A stretch of 64,000 nt of DNA from Patescibacteria group bacterium (lineage in GTDB: Bacteria; Patescibacteriota; Minisyncoccia; UBA9983): the NCBI GenBank assembly GCA_018895015.1, contig JAHIOX010000003.1, forward strand, positions 962 through 64,961. Reading direction: 5' to 3'. A program made the position numbers and the translations under genes. Each line of letters opens with the position of its first letter. Within the stretch, counting starts at the first letter, position 1. Below are positions 9,974-19,475 of the stretch, piece after piece. The notes beneath the pieces are model-generated. The model searched no databases. It saw nothing but the letters and a program-made list of their open reading frames with translations, and was not told the origin of the DNA.

Positions 9974-12280
9974 TTACAAATTTTCCAAGTCTTCCGCGGT
10001 GAATTCAATTTTCGCGCCGGGCTTGAATTCGCCGGATATCATTCCTTTCGCAATTTTTTCTTCAATTTTTTCCTGGATTGCCCTTTTCATCGGCCTTGCG
10101 CCAAAAACCGGGTCGTAGCCAATTTTTGCCACTTTTTCAATCAGCGCGCCGTTGATAACCAACTCCAAGTTTTTTTCCGCGAGGCGCGAGTTTAATTTTT
10201 CAAGCATTATTTTCGCGATTTGCTTAAGCGCTTCTTGTTTTAACGGGCTAAAAATAATAATGGCGTCAAAGCGGTTTAAAAGTTCCGCCCTGAAAATTCC
10301 CTGCCCCTGTATGAAATCAATAATTTTGTTTTTTTCTGAAGCCGGATTGGCGCCTTGCTGGACTATTTCCCAAATTAATTTTGATGCCGCGTTTGATGTC
10401 GCGATGATTACGCTGTTGCGCGTGAATACTTTTTTCCCGGAAGCGTCGGAAAAAAATCCTTCATCCAGAATTTGGAGAAACAAATCTTCAACATCGCGGT
10501 GAGATTTTTCAAATTCATCCAACAGGATAATATTGTAAGGTTTTTCACGGACGGCGCTTGCTAAAATGCCCGGCTCGCCGGTGTCAAACGCTCCTATTAA
10601 TTTTTTCAGGCCGCCTTCTTCTTGATATTCCGTCATATCAAGCCGTATCATGGCGTTTTCGCTTCCAAAATAAACTTGCGCCAGCGCTTTCGCTGTTTCG
10701 GTTTTCCCGACCCCGGTCGGCCCGAGAAAAAGAAAAGAGGCAATCGGTTTTTTTGTGTCATGAATTTCCATTCTCGCTCTCCTGACCGCTCCGCTTATCG
10801 CCGAGATTGCTTCGTCTTGGTCTATAATTCTTTGGCGAAGTATTTGCTCAAGATTGGAAAGTTTTTCTTTTTCTCCCGATTCCAATTCGCCGATAGGCAT
10901 TTTGATTTTTTCTTTTACAAAATTCAGCACATCTTCAGCGCCGGCAAAATCCGCGGCTTTTGTCGCGGCAACTCTTGCAGAAACGTTTTCTAAAACATCA
11001 ATGCCTCGCTCAGGAAGAAACCCTTCTGTTAAATATCTGGTGGAAACTCTGGCTATCTCTTTTATAGCCGGATAAGTAACAATAATCCCGTGTTTTTTTT
11101 CCGCTACATCAGCTACGTCCTCAAGGATTTGAACAAGCTCGCCTTCGCCCGGCTCTTTAATCCGAACGGTTTCAAAATATTGCATTAGCGAGGAGTCGGG
11201 TTCAATAACGCGCTTAAAATCATCAGAATCCTCCATAGCGATAAATTGAAGCGCGGAGCTGGCAAAATAAGGGCTTAATACTTGGCTAACGGAAACATTA
11301 AGTCCGGCAACGGATTTCACGAATTTGCCGAAATTATCAATAATTAGAATAATGTTGCCGGCGGCAACGGCATCGTCAAAAATTTTTAGCAAAAGCTCTT
11401 CCATCTCTCCTTTTGTTTTGGCTGAAGCGGCTAAAACATTGGCGTCCAATTCAACGGCCCTTTTGTGTTCAAGCGCCGGATGAATTTTGCCTCGCTCTAG
11501 CAAATCAATAAAGGCGCGGACTATTTTTCTTTTTACTGTTCCCGCTTCACCGACAAGCAATACGTTCGCTTGGCTTGTTTTTAAAAGCGCGGATTCAATG
11601 GCTAAAACTTGCTGTTGATGTTCGGCGGAATATAAGCTGAAAGAAGCTTGCGTGAATAAAAACTCATGCGAGAATTGGTCCAAAGTATAAGTGGCGCCAA
11701 AACACCAATCCTTGGCGATTCCCGGAATGCGGGCTAAATTTTCTTTCAGCCACCACTGTTTTTTTCCCATTCTTTCTTTGTATTTTCGCTCTCCCCATTT
11801 TGATACTGCCAATAAATCCTCTTCTTTCCCAGAGGCGCCAAGGCGCAAAAAGCAAAAATCGGCGATTGCCGCATCCATCCGCTTTTTCTGATTTTCCTCT
11901 TTGCCAAAAAAATAAAAAAGCGGAATCAGCGCGAATAAAGGCGCGATTAAAAACGGCGACAGAAGCCAAATAATCAACGTGACTGCGGCTGTTACGGTTT
12001 CGGCTATAAGAGACGCAAACCCCATAAATATTACGGCCATGCGCATTACAAAGCCTACAAGGCGCGTTATCGCGTTAACTGCGAGAGTTTCAAAAAAACG
12101 CCCGATATCAAATCCTTGCCCGCGGTATTCGCGCATTCTTTTCCATGGCTGGAATAATGTTTTTAGCAGAAGAGAAAGGGAGAAAAAGTGCGTTAGAAAC
12201 CAAAATATATTTTTCCAAATAATAAAACCTTGCCGTATCGCCCTGCCGTAATGCCAGACAAAATATTCTAAAATAATCAT
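9974..12280 (-). CDS. ClpA/ClpB-family AAA+ ATPase with N-terminal 4-TM membrane domain and degenerate first ATPase module
   Basis: second module intact (GPTGVGKTE Walker A, IILLDEFEK Walker B, ARPMKRAIQ sensor-2); first module has GEAGTVKRK and IIDNFG instead of GxxGVGKT/DE. Confidence 0.7.
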   Translation of the reverse strand: MIILEYFVWHYGRAIRQGFIIWKNIFWFLTHFFSLSLLLKTLFQPWKRMREYRGQGFDIGRFFETLAVNAITRLVGFVMRMAVIFMGFASLIAETVTAAVTLIIWLLSPFLIAPLFALIPLFYFFGKEENQKKRMDAAIADFCFLRLGASGKEEDLLAVSKWGERKYKERMGKKQWWLKENLARIPGIAKDWCFGATYTLDQFSHEFLFTQASFSLYSAEHQQQVLAIESALLKTSQANVLLVGEAGTVKRKIVRAFIDLLERGKIHPALEHKRAVELDANVLAASAKTKGEMEELLLKIFDDAVAAGNIILIIDNFGKFVKSVAGLNVSVSQVLSPYFASSALQFIAMEDSDDFKRVIEPDSSLMQYFETVRIKEPGEGELVQILEDVADVAEKKHGIIVTYPAIKEIARVSTRYLTEGFLPERGIDVLENVSARVAATKAADFAGAEDVLNFVKEKIKMPIGELESGEKEKLSNLEQILRQRIIDQDEAISAISGAVRRARMEIHDTKKPIASFLFLGPTGVGKTETAKALAQVYFGSENAMIRLDMTEYQEEGGLKKLIGAFDTGEPGILASAVREKPYNIILLDEFEKSHRDVEDLFLQILDEGFFSDASGKKVFTRNSVIIATSNAASKLIWEIVQQGANPASEKNKIIDFIQGQGIFRAELLNRFDAIIIFSPLKQEALKQIAKIMLEKLNSRLAEKNLELVINGALIEKVAKIGYDPVFGARPMKRAIQEKIEEKIAKGMISGEFKPGAKIEFTAEDLENL

Positions 12281-13680
12281 GGCTTTTTTTTGCCCTTCTT
12301 AATTTCAATACCCAGTTCATCCAGCTGTTCTTTTGCAATTTCGCTTGGAGCGTTCATCATCAGGTCTCTGCCGTCTCCTGTTTTTGGAAACGCGATAACC
12401 TCGCGAATGTTTGGTTCGCCTTGCAGAATTGCGACTAATCTGTCAATTCCGAGCGCGATTCCGCCGTGCGGAGGAGCGCCGTATTCATACGCTTCAAGCA
12501 AGTGGCCGAATTTATCCAGCGTTTCTTGTTCGCTTATGCCAATTATTTCAAAAACTTTTTTTTGCAATTCAGGATCGTTGATTCTAATACTGCCAGAGCC
12601 AAGTTCATGCCCGTTACATACCATGTCATACAGTTTTCCTGTTATTTTCAAAGGATTTTTTCCAAGCAAGCCAATATCTTCGTCTTTTGGCGAAGTAAAC
12701 ATGTGGTGCATTGGAGCTATTCTTTTCTCTTTTTCGTCGTATTCAAAAAGCGGGAAATCTATCACCCAGCCAAAAGCTAACTCGTCAATGTTTTTTTTAT
12801 CATTTCTTAAGTCCGGCTTGTCGTTTTTGTATTTTTCCATCGCTTCTTTATAAGTAAGCCGCGGCCATGGAAGCCGCGTGATTTTTTTTCGCGGAAATAA
12901 AGTTTTTACAAGGGAGGTTATTAAATCCTCAATTAAATTTATTATTGTTTCTTGGTCCGCGAAACTCATTTCCAAATCAAGTTGGGTATGTTCCGGCTGG
13001 CGGTCTCCGCGCGTGTCTTCGTCGCGGATTGCTTTAGCCACTTGAAAATATTTTTCAACGCCGGCAATCATTAAAAGCTGTTTATACTGTTGAGGAGATT
13101 GCGGAAGAGCGTAAAATTTTCCTTGATGCAAACGCGACGGCACCACAAAGTCCCGCGCTCCTTCAGGCGTAGATTTTGTTAGAAGCGGAGTTTCAATTTC
13201 TATAAAATCGCGCTCTGATAAATAATCGCGAAAGTATTTTACGATATTATGCCTCACCATTAAATTTTTTTGCATGCGTTCTCTGCGCAAATCCAAATAC
13301 CTGTATTTTAGGCGGATTTCTTCATTTATTTCATATCCGTTGGTCCCAATTTCAAAAACCGGCGTTTTTGATTTATTTAAAACACTAATTTTATTCGCGG
13401 AAATTTCAATGCCCCCGAGCGGCAATTCGGGATTAATCATATTTTCAGGCCTTTTTTTAACCTCTCCTTCCATCTCTATAACCCATTCTGGACGCAAACC
13501 GTTGGCTATTTCATGAGTTTCTTTATTGCCCGGAGTTATTACTGTTTGGACTTTGCCGGTAGAATCTCTTAAATCAATAAAAATAAGCTTGCCGTGGTCG
13601 CGCCGAACATCAACCCAGCCCGCCAGCTTTACGCTTTCCCCAATCTTATTCGCAATATCTTTAATTAAAATTCGTTTCAT
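12277..13680 (-). CDS. aspS: aspartyl-tRNA synthetase, short form lacking the bacterial GAD insertion
   Basis: OB anticodon-binding N-domain; QSPQQYKQLLM...FRDEDTRGDRQPEHTQLDLEMSF; GAPPHGGIALGIDR; AFPKT. Confidence 0.8.
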   Translation of the reverse strand: MKRILIKDIANKIGESVKLAGWVDVRRDHGKLIFIDLRDSTGKVQTVITPGNKETHEIANGLRPEWVIEMEGEVKKRPENMINPELPLGGIEISANKISVLNKSKTPVFEIGTNGYEINEEIRLKYRYLDLRRERMQKNLMVRHNIVKYFRDYLSERDFIEIETPLLTKSTPEGARDFVVPSRLHQGKFYALPQSPQQYKQLLMIAGVEKYFQVAKAIRDEDTRGDRQPEHTQLDLEMSFADQETIINLIEDLITSLVKTLFPRKKITRLPWPRLTYKEAMEKYKNDKPDLRNDKKNIDELAFGWVIDFPLFEYDEKEKRIAPMHHMFTSPKDEDIGLLGKNPLKITGKLYDMVCNGHELGSGSIRINDPELQKKVFEIIGISEQETLDKFGHLLEAYEYGAPPHGGIALGIDRLVAILQGEPNIREVIAFPKTGDGRDLMMNAPSEIAKEQLDELGIEIKKGKKKP

Positions 13681-13684
13681 GTTT

Positions 13685-14353
13685 TTACTTATGTTTTGGG
13701 ATTAAAAGCAAAATTGAAATGGATAAAAGCCCGATATACTTAGCGCAAAAAGCCGCGAGAGTCAAAAAATAATTATTGTGAAAATACATAAGCGAAGTAA
13801 CGCCAAACATAAAAGAGGTTATAATTATGAGTACATTTTTTATTTTTTCAGTTTTGCCAAGATGTTTTAAAAATTTTTTTGAAAAAACATATACCCAAGT
13901 CATTCCTACTAAAAACCCCGCCAGGCGAGTAATCCACGCGGTTATAGGATTCGCGTTCCAAAAAATCAAGCCGGATGAATGTATGACAGGCAGGCGAAAA
14001 TCGTAAATTTGAATCACAACCACAGTTAAGCCAACGGCTAATAATATGCCCGGGAACAGCCGTATTTTTTTTGTATTAATCCCGGAAAGAGAAAGAGGGA
14101 TTCTCCACGCGTATGCAAGCATTATGAAAAATAAAAAAATGGCTATGTTATATGACCAAGCCGCTATCCTTAAATTGTCCGTAAAGAGCATCGCGGACAA
14201 GAAAAGTTGGTAAAGAGCGAAAATGAAAAAAACTATAGCAAATTCTTTAATTTCTTTATCTTTAAAATCGCCCTTAATATAAGACTTATACAAGCCAAAT
14301 CCAATAAGCGCCAGAATGAAAATTTGTATAAAATGCAAAAATGTGGATACCAT
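13685..14353 (-). CDS. polytopic membrane protein, unknown function
   Basis: 6-7 predicted TM helices, AT-rich. Confidence 0.4.
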   Translation of the reverse strand: MVSTFLHFIQIFILALIGFGLYKSYIKGDFKDKEIKEFAIVFFIFALYQLFLSAMLFTDNLRIAAWSYNIAIFLFFIMLAYAWRIPLSLSGINTKKIRLFPGILLAVGLTVVVIQIYDFRLPVIHSSGLIFWNANPITAWITRLAGFLVGMTWVYVFSKKFLKHLGKTEKIKNVLIIITSFMFGVTSLMYFHNNYFLTLAAFCAKYIGLLSISILLLIPKHK

Positions 14354-14379
14354 ATAAAATAAGTATAACTATCGTTATT

Positions 14380-16074
14380 TTATATCTTTTTTATAAATTC
14401 CTCAAGCCGTTTGTCGTGTTTTTGATAATCCTGTTCTGGCGATGTATTTGGCGGTTTAATATCGCCACGCGGCAATTCTACGGAAAAAGTTGATCCTTTG
14501 CCCGGGCCATCGCTTTTGGCGTAAATTTTCCCGTTATGCGCTTTGATTATTTCTTTTGAAACATAAAGCCCTAACCCAAGGCCTTCGGTATGAACTTGAA
14601 AAATGTCTTCTCCTGCGCGCGTAAATTTTTGAAAAATCCGCGCCTCTGTTTCTTCGCCCATACCAATACCTGAATCCAGTACTTCAAAAAAAATCCGCCC
14701 GTTTTCATTGTCCGCATAAAGATTGATTTTAACAAACCCTTTTTCTGTATATTTTATAGCGTTGTCAATTAAATTATTAAAAACTTGCTGAATCTTGTTT
14801 GAGTCAACCATCGCAATAAAATTTTCCGTTTCAGCAATTTTTAAACTCATTTCTATGTCTTTTTTTTCTTTGACGGCTATTGTTTTAAACTCGTCAACAA
14901 TTCCACTGATCATTTCTTTTAAATCGGTTTTTTCAAAATTGTATTGCATCTTTCCTCTTTCTATTTGGCTTAGATTGAGAAAATCGTCAATTAAAAACAT
15001 CAGCCGGTTCGTTGATTGCAAAACTCTTTTAAGCATTTTTTTCGCCCTGACTGGAACGCGCCCGAAAGACCCCTCAAGCATCATTGAAGAATACCCTTTA
15101 ATGGCCGTTATCGGTGAACGCAATTGATGCGACGCGATTGTGATAAATTCCGATTTTGCCTCATCCAGTTTTTTTAATCTTACATTTGCCTCCTCCAATT
15201 CTTTAGCCAATTCCTCCATCTCCTCGCGCGTTTTCACTTCTTTTAGTACGCTTTTGATTAGTAAATAGCTAAAACCAAGAAACGCAGCCATTATTACGCT
15301 ATTTAAAATAAATTGGTCCAATGATTCTGACAACAAAAATTTGATGAAAAGAATAACAATTAAAATTGCGCTAAATAACTCTGTGGCGATAACTTTAATA
15401 TTAAAAAGGTTGTATTTCAAAATAGCATAAGTAAAAATAATAGGATGTAAAATAATTAAAAACATTCCATAAGGAGACATAAATGGGATACCATACATTA
15501 AAGGGAAATTCGTAGCGCCACCAATAACTCCTATAAATAAACCTCCAAATAAATATTGAATCTGTTTTTGTTTCACTGCGTCATTAGAGCTTTTTTTATA
15601 AACTTTAATCATTTGGTAAAATGCATAGCTAAAAAAACCAATATAACATACGAATATATAAATCGTGTATAAAAATCCTGCCTGTGGCCAGTAAGGGAAA
15701 ATAAATATTGGTTGTATATTTTTTATGAAATAAGGACTAAAACTAAAAGGAACAAAGATAAACGTTATTAAATATCCAATAATCAATAATTTTCTTTTCT
15801 TTTGATGTAATTCTAATATGGAAAGTATCCAATGAAGAATTAGAATTGGAATAAAAATGGCTCCTAAGTTAAGCATACGGGACCAAAAAAGTGCTTGTTC
15901 AAAATTATTTTGTAATAACCAAATTCCATAAGAAAAAGTCCAAAGAGCAAAAGATAAACTAAATAAACCAAATAATCTATTTGATAAACTTTTTTTATCT
16001 TTAAGCAAAACAAGAACTGCAAAAAATGTGTTAGAAATAGCTGCTATAAAAGCAATAATTATAAAAAATTTCAT
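14380..16074 (-). CDS. sensor histidine kinase with N-terminal multi-TM sensor domain (no adjacent response regulator)
   Basis: HisKA H-box ASHQLRSPI; HATPase N-box NLIDNAIKYT, G-boxes DSGIGM / GLGLGL. Confidence 0.8.
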   Translation of the reverse strand: MKFFIIIAFIAAISNTFFAVLVLLKDKKSLSNRLFGLFSLSFALWTFSYGIWLLQNNFEQALFWSRMLNLGAIFIPILILHWILSILELHQKKRKLLIIGYLITFIFVPFSFSPYFIKNIQPIFIFPYWPQAGFLYTIYIFVCYIGFFSYAFYQMIKVYKKSSNDAVKQKQIQYLFGGLFIGVIGGATNFPLMYGIPFMSPYGMFLIILHPIIFTYAILKYNLFNIKVIATELFSAILIVILFIKFLLSESLDQFILNSVIMAAFLGFSYLLIKSVLKEVKTREEMEELAKELEEANVRLKKLDEAKSEFITIASHQLRSPITAIKGYSSMMLEGSFGRVPVRAKKMLKRVLQSTNRLMFLIDDFLNLSQIERGKMQYNFEKTDLKEMISGIVDEFKTIAVKEKKDIEMSLKIAETENFIAMVDSNKIQQVFNNLIDNAIKYTEKGFVKINLYADNENGRIFFEVLDSGIGMGEETEARIFQKFTRAGEDIFQVHTEGLGLGLYVSKEIIKAHNGKIYAKSDGPGKGSTFSVELPRGDIKPPNTSPEQDYQKHDKRLEEFIKKI

Positions 16075-16076
16075 GA

Positions 16077-17159
16077 TTATTTATATTGAACTAATTTGAA
16101 ATTATTTTTTTTAAATAAATAAAAAATATCTTTGGTTTGTTCAATGTTGATTTCTCCTATACCAAAATTTTCCCATTTATTTTCCATTACTAAAAGAATT
16201 AATTCTGCCAAACAGGCATATGCTTGTTCTTTAGAAAGCCCGAAATTAAAATGATAATTTATTCCTGGGGTTTGTACTGCTATTTGATCAAATAGCAGAA
16301 TATCTCCTCGCGCCCTCAATGTTTTAGTAGATGGATTCGGCGGCTGAGTGATATCAAGTACTATAGCTTCCCTTTTCAAATAATCTGGTTTTATTATAGC
16401 AGACGAGGCATTAGTAGCGATAATAACAAAATCATAATTTTTTATTTCTGAAATATTTATCGTTGTATCAATTTTTAAATTTGGATTAATTTTTGTTGAC
16501 AAACAATCTTCTTTTAATGTTTTTAAATTTTGTGAGGTTTTACCAACGAGTAGCAATTTATTAATATTTTCTCTGATAAGTAATTTACTAAAAATTTTAC
16601 CAAGCATGGTGGTAGCACCAATAATAGCAAATGAAATTCTGGAATCTTTATTTTGATGCTTTAAAATTTCTTTAATATTTTCAATGCCAAGAATAGAAAG
16701 TAGCGCATAACTATTTGTTAAATAGACGCGACTCTTGCCTTTTATTGTTAATCCGCCTTTGGTAATTACGGAATTATAAGCTGCTAACGCAGATATTTTT
16801 ACACCAAGCCGTTCTGCTAATTTTAATGCCTGAAGAATTTTCTTTTCAGCTAATTCATTATCAGCGACAATTTGTTCTGGCAACAAAGAATGGCTTATAA
16901 TACATCCTTTTATTTCTTTTCCATTTTTATCAATTACTCCTGTAATTTCAGAAACAACAATCGGCCAGAGTGTTTTGCAAATAAATTTTATAATATTTTT
17001 AGGTAAAAATTTACCAAGAGGAAATTTTCTATAAAAATCATCGATTGAACGAGGATGTACTAGCCAAGCAAATTCGTATTTTCCCATTAGATACTTACTA
17101 ATTCTTCTTGGGAAAAAAGCGATAATTAAACCATCTCTTATAACTTTTAAGATTTGCAT
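16077..17159 (-). CDS. putative NAD(P)-binding oxidoreductase (shikimate-DH/acyl-ACP-reductase-like architecture)
   Basis: Rossmann GxxGxxG (IIGATTMLG) in C-terminal half; family assignment tentative. Confidence 0.3.
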   Translation of the reverse strand: MQILKVIRDGLIIAFFPRRISKYLMGKYEFAWLVHPRSIDDFYRKFPLGKFLPKNIIKFICKTLWPIVVSEITGVIDKNGKEIKGCIISHSLLPEQIVADNELAEKKILQALKLAERLGVKISALAAYNSVITKGGLTIKGKSRVYLTNSYALLSILGIENIKEILKHQNKDSRISFAIIGATTMLGKIFSKLLIRENINKLLLVGKTSQNLKTLKEDCLSTKINPNLKIDTTINISEIKNYDFVIIATNASSAIIKPDYLKREAIVLDITQPPNPSTKTLRARGDILLFDQIAVQTPGINYHFNFGLSKEQAYACLAELILLVMENKWENFGIGEINIEQTKDIFYLFKKNNFKLVQYK

Positions 17160-17164
17160 TTATT

Positions 17165-17866
17165 TTATTTCAATGCTGAATTTAAAATCGCCTGATTGGC
17201 ATAGACCTTTTTATTTTCAGATATGTTTCTAAACCCTGTTTTTTTTAATAATTCTTTTTGTTCGTCATAATTGAATAAAATTTGTTTTTGTTGGCCAGTT
17301 TTCTTAAGTTTATTAGCATAATAAAGAATTTTTAAGGATGCGGGAATGAATTTAAATATTTGTATTACAGTAGCAATTATTCCTTTTTGCTTTCCAATTT
17401 TTTTAAAATGTTCTAAATAAATTCTAGATGGCCTAAATTCTTCTATCAAATTTACTAGGACTATTTTCCCATTTGGTTTAATGATTCTATAAAACTCTTT
17501 TGCTACTTTTTTTCTTGTTTCGCGATCAATAAGAAACAAAACATTTATTGAAACAATTTTATCAAAATAGCTATCAGCAAATGGTAATTTTTTTGTAAGA
17601 TCGGCTAATAATACTTCCGCTTTTGAATTTTTACTCTCATAGATATTTAATGCCTCTTGAGAAAAATCCAAACCAATAATCCTTGCTCCTTTTTTTTCTA
17701 ATAATATAGCTAGATTTCCAGTTCCCGCTCCAGCATCTAAAATTTTTTCTCCTCGTCTGATGTTTAATTTTTCACAAACCGTAATTAGTAGTTCTTGGTA
17801 TGGAATCACTAAATTCAAAATATCATAAACCTTAAAATATCTATTCCAAAATTTTGGACTAAGCAT
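17165..17866 (-). CDS. class I SAM-dependent methyltransferase
   Basis: motif I ILDAGAGTGNL, motif post-I IGLDFS. Confidence 0.8.
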   Translation of the reverse strand: MLSPKFWNRYFKVYDILNLVIPYQELLITVCEKLNIRRGEKILDAGAGTGNLAILLEKKGARIIGLDFSQEALNIYESKNSKAEVLLADLTKKLPFADSYFDKIVSINVLFLIDRETRKKVAKEFYRIIKPNGKIVLVNLIEEFRPSRIYLEHFKKIGKQKGIIATVIQIFKFIPASLKILYYANKLKKTGQQKQILFNYDEQKELLKKTGFRNISENKKVYANQAILNSALK

Positions 17867-17873
17867 TAAAATT

Positions 17874-17955
17874 ATTATACCATAACCCGTCTTCTATCTC
17901 AAAATAAAATCTTGCGACTCGCAAGCGATCGCTTGCCAACGGTAACATTTTTATT
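17874..17955 (-). promoter_or_regulatory. leaderless sigma70-type promoter (TTGAGA-17-TATAAT-7-ATG) with upstream GCAAGCGATCGCTTGC palindrome; module copy A
   Basis: -35/-10 spacing, 16-bp perfect palindrome at 17921-17936; about 85% identical module at 19298-19380. Confidence 0.45.
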
Positions 17956-18047
17956 TAGATGATTTTAGATGATTGCGAAAATCCGCAAGGTATGCTTATA
18001 TTAAATCAGATAAGTTAGTATATTTGCATAAAAGGAGGTGAGAGAAA

Positions 18048-18245
18048 ATGAGTAAATACTCCAAGGAAGACGCGGCTAGAGATACGGGTGTGTCCACAAA
18101 AGAAGTGAGTAAAACGTGGCACGAGGCTCGCAATGATGCTTCAAGAAATGGTTTTCTCAGCGAGCGCAACGCAAATAAAGTGCGCGATTCCGAATCAGGC
18201 TCTACTCTCTACAACATCTTTAAAAAAGTCGGCCTCGCGAAATGA
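18048..18245 (+). CDS. small hydrophilic protein (65 aa)
   Basis: AAAGGAGGTGAGAG SD 7 nt upstream of ATG. Confidence 0.5.
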   Translation: MSKYSKEDAARDTGVSTKEVSKTWHEARNDASRNGFLSERNANKVRDSESGSTLYNIFKKVGLAK

Positions 18246-18273
18246 GGAATCCGGCATGGATGCCCGCAAAATA

Positions 18274-18636
18274 TCACTCGCGGACATCCATTTTTCGTTT
18301 CAATCCTTTTACCGCATTTATATGTTGTGCAACATACCAAGCAAAATAAACAGAAAATTTATAAGAAGCATCTATGTTTTTTTTACTTGACAGATATCTT
18401 TCTGCCGCAATCGGCACATCACCTAAAATTTCTACATAAAGCTTACTGCGCTTTTCTTCAGACAAGATAAAATAGTCCAGTGCGTTGCTAATTAACGGGC
18501 TTATATATTTTTTAGTATTGGAAAAGATAGAATCATCTTTTATTAAAATTTCTATTTCTTCTTCTTTGCTTTTTGGTTGGAATTTTTTATTCTCCATTAT
18601 ATTAATTATACCACACTCATTGCAAAAATCCGCCAA
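18274..18636 (-). CDS. hypothetical protein (120 aa)
   Basis: ORF; possible internal leaderless start at MENKKF preceded by TATAAT. Confidence 0.4.
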   Translation of the reverse strand: MADFCNECGIINIMENKKFQPKSKEEEIEILIKDDSIFSNTKKYISPLISNALDYFILSEEKRSKLYVEILGDVPIAAERYLSSKKNIDASYKFSVYFAWYVAQHINAVKGLKRKMDVRE

Positions 18637-18660
18637 AAGGAGGTGAAAGGCATGGATAAA

Positions 18661-19290
18661 TTACATTTTTTCGGTCCTGAAGACGATGGCACTGTTTTTG
18701 AACCCCTTTATCAAGTTTTTGTATCCTTCCTGTTCTACTATTTCCCAAGCTCGAGTGTACTCATTTGTGCCATGATTTTTTGACCTTAAAATATTTTTCT
18801 CCAGCCGTGAGTTGTCTTTTAATATGTCCAGATAAATATATTTGAGCAGGGCGTGGACAATGATATGGTTTTTAATAATTTCCGACTCGGTAAAATATTT
18901 ATTGTCTACAATTATCTCTTTTTTGATTTTATTTAAAACCAATAATCTATGAATAAGTTCGTGCGTCAATGTGTCAACAAATTCATCCGGAGAAAAACCG
19001 CTCTTAATAATTATTGGATTGCTAAATTGGCGAGGATTCACGCTCACAATATATACATCTATAACATCTCTGTTAAATTCTAAACCAGTAATATCACACA
19101 AACCTAACAATATTCTCTGTTCGTATTTCGTCCATTCTTTCTTGTAATTTTCCACTCGCTCCAGCACATTTTCTTTTTCAGGAATAGGATAATTTTCCCA
19201 TTCCGGATTGGATTTGACATAATTTATAAAAATAGGGTCAAGAAAACGATTGTATTCAATTATGATTTTTGGTATTTTTACAGCTTCCAT
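18661..19290 (-). CDS. hypothetical protein with HExxH motif (HELIHRL), possible ImmA/IrrE-like metallopeptidase
   Basis: HExxH motif only; leaderless promoter copy B upstream. Confidence 0.4.
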   Translation of the reverse strand: MEAVKIPKIIIEYNRFLDPIFINYVKSNPEWENYPIPEKENVLERVENYKKEWTKYEQRILLGLCDITGLEFNRDVIDVYIVSVNPRQFSNPIIIKSGFSPDEFVDTLTHELIHRLLVLNKIKKEIIVDNKYFTESEIIKNHIIVHALLKYIYLDILKDNSRLEKNILRSKNHGTNEYTRAWEIVEQEGYKNLIKGFKNSAIVFRTEKM

Positions 19291-19297
19291 TCTATTA

Positions 19298-19380
19298 ATT
19301 ATACCACAGCCCGCTTGTTACCTCAAAATAAAATGTCGCGACTCATGAGCGATCGCTTGCCAACAGTAACATTTCTATAT
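19298..19380 (-). promoter_or_regulatory. leaderless promoter (TTGAGG-17-TATAAT-7-ATG) with upstream GCGATCGC palindrome; module copy B
   Basis: near-duplicate of module at 17874-17955. Confidence 0.45.
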
Positions 19381-19475
19381 GGTTTTAGCCGGCAAAATTA
19401 ATAATTTCAAAATGCAAGTTTACGCGCGATAGCAAACAAATTGGCATTTTGTTTTTTGGATTCGATTTTTTTGGC

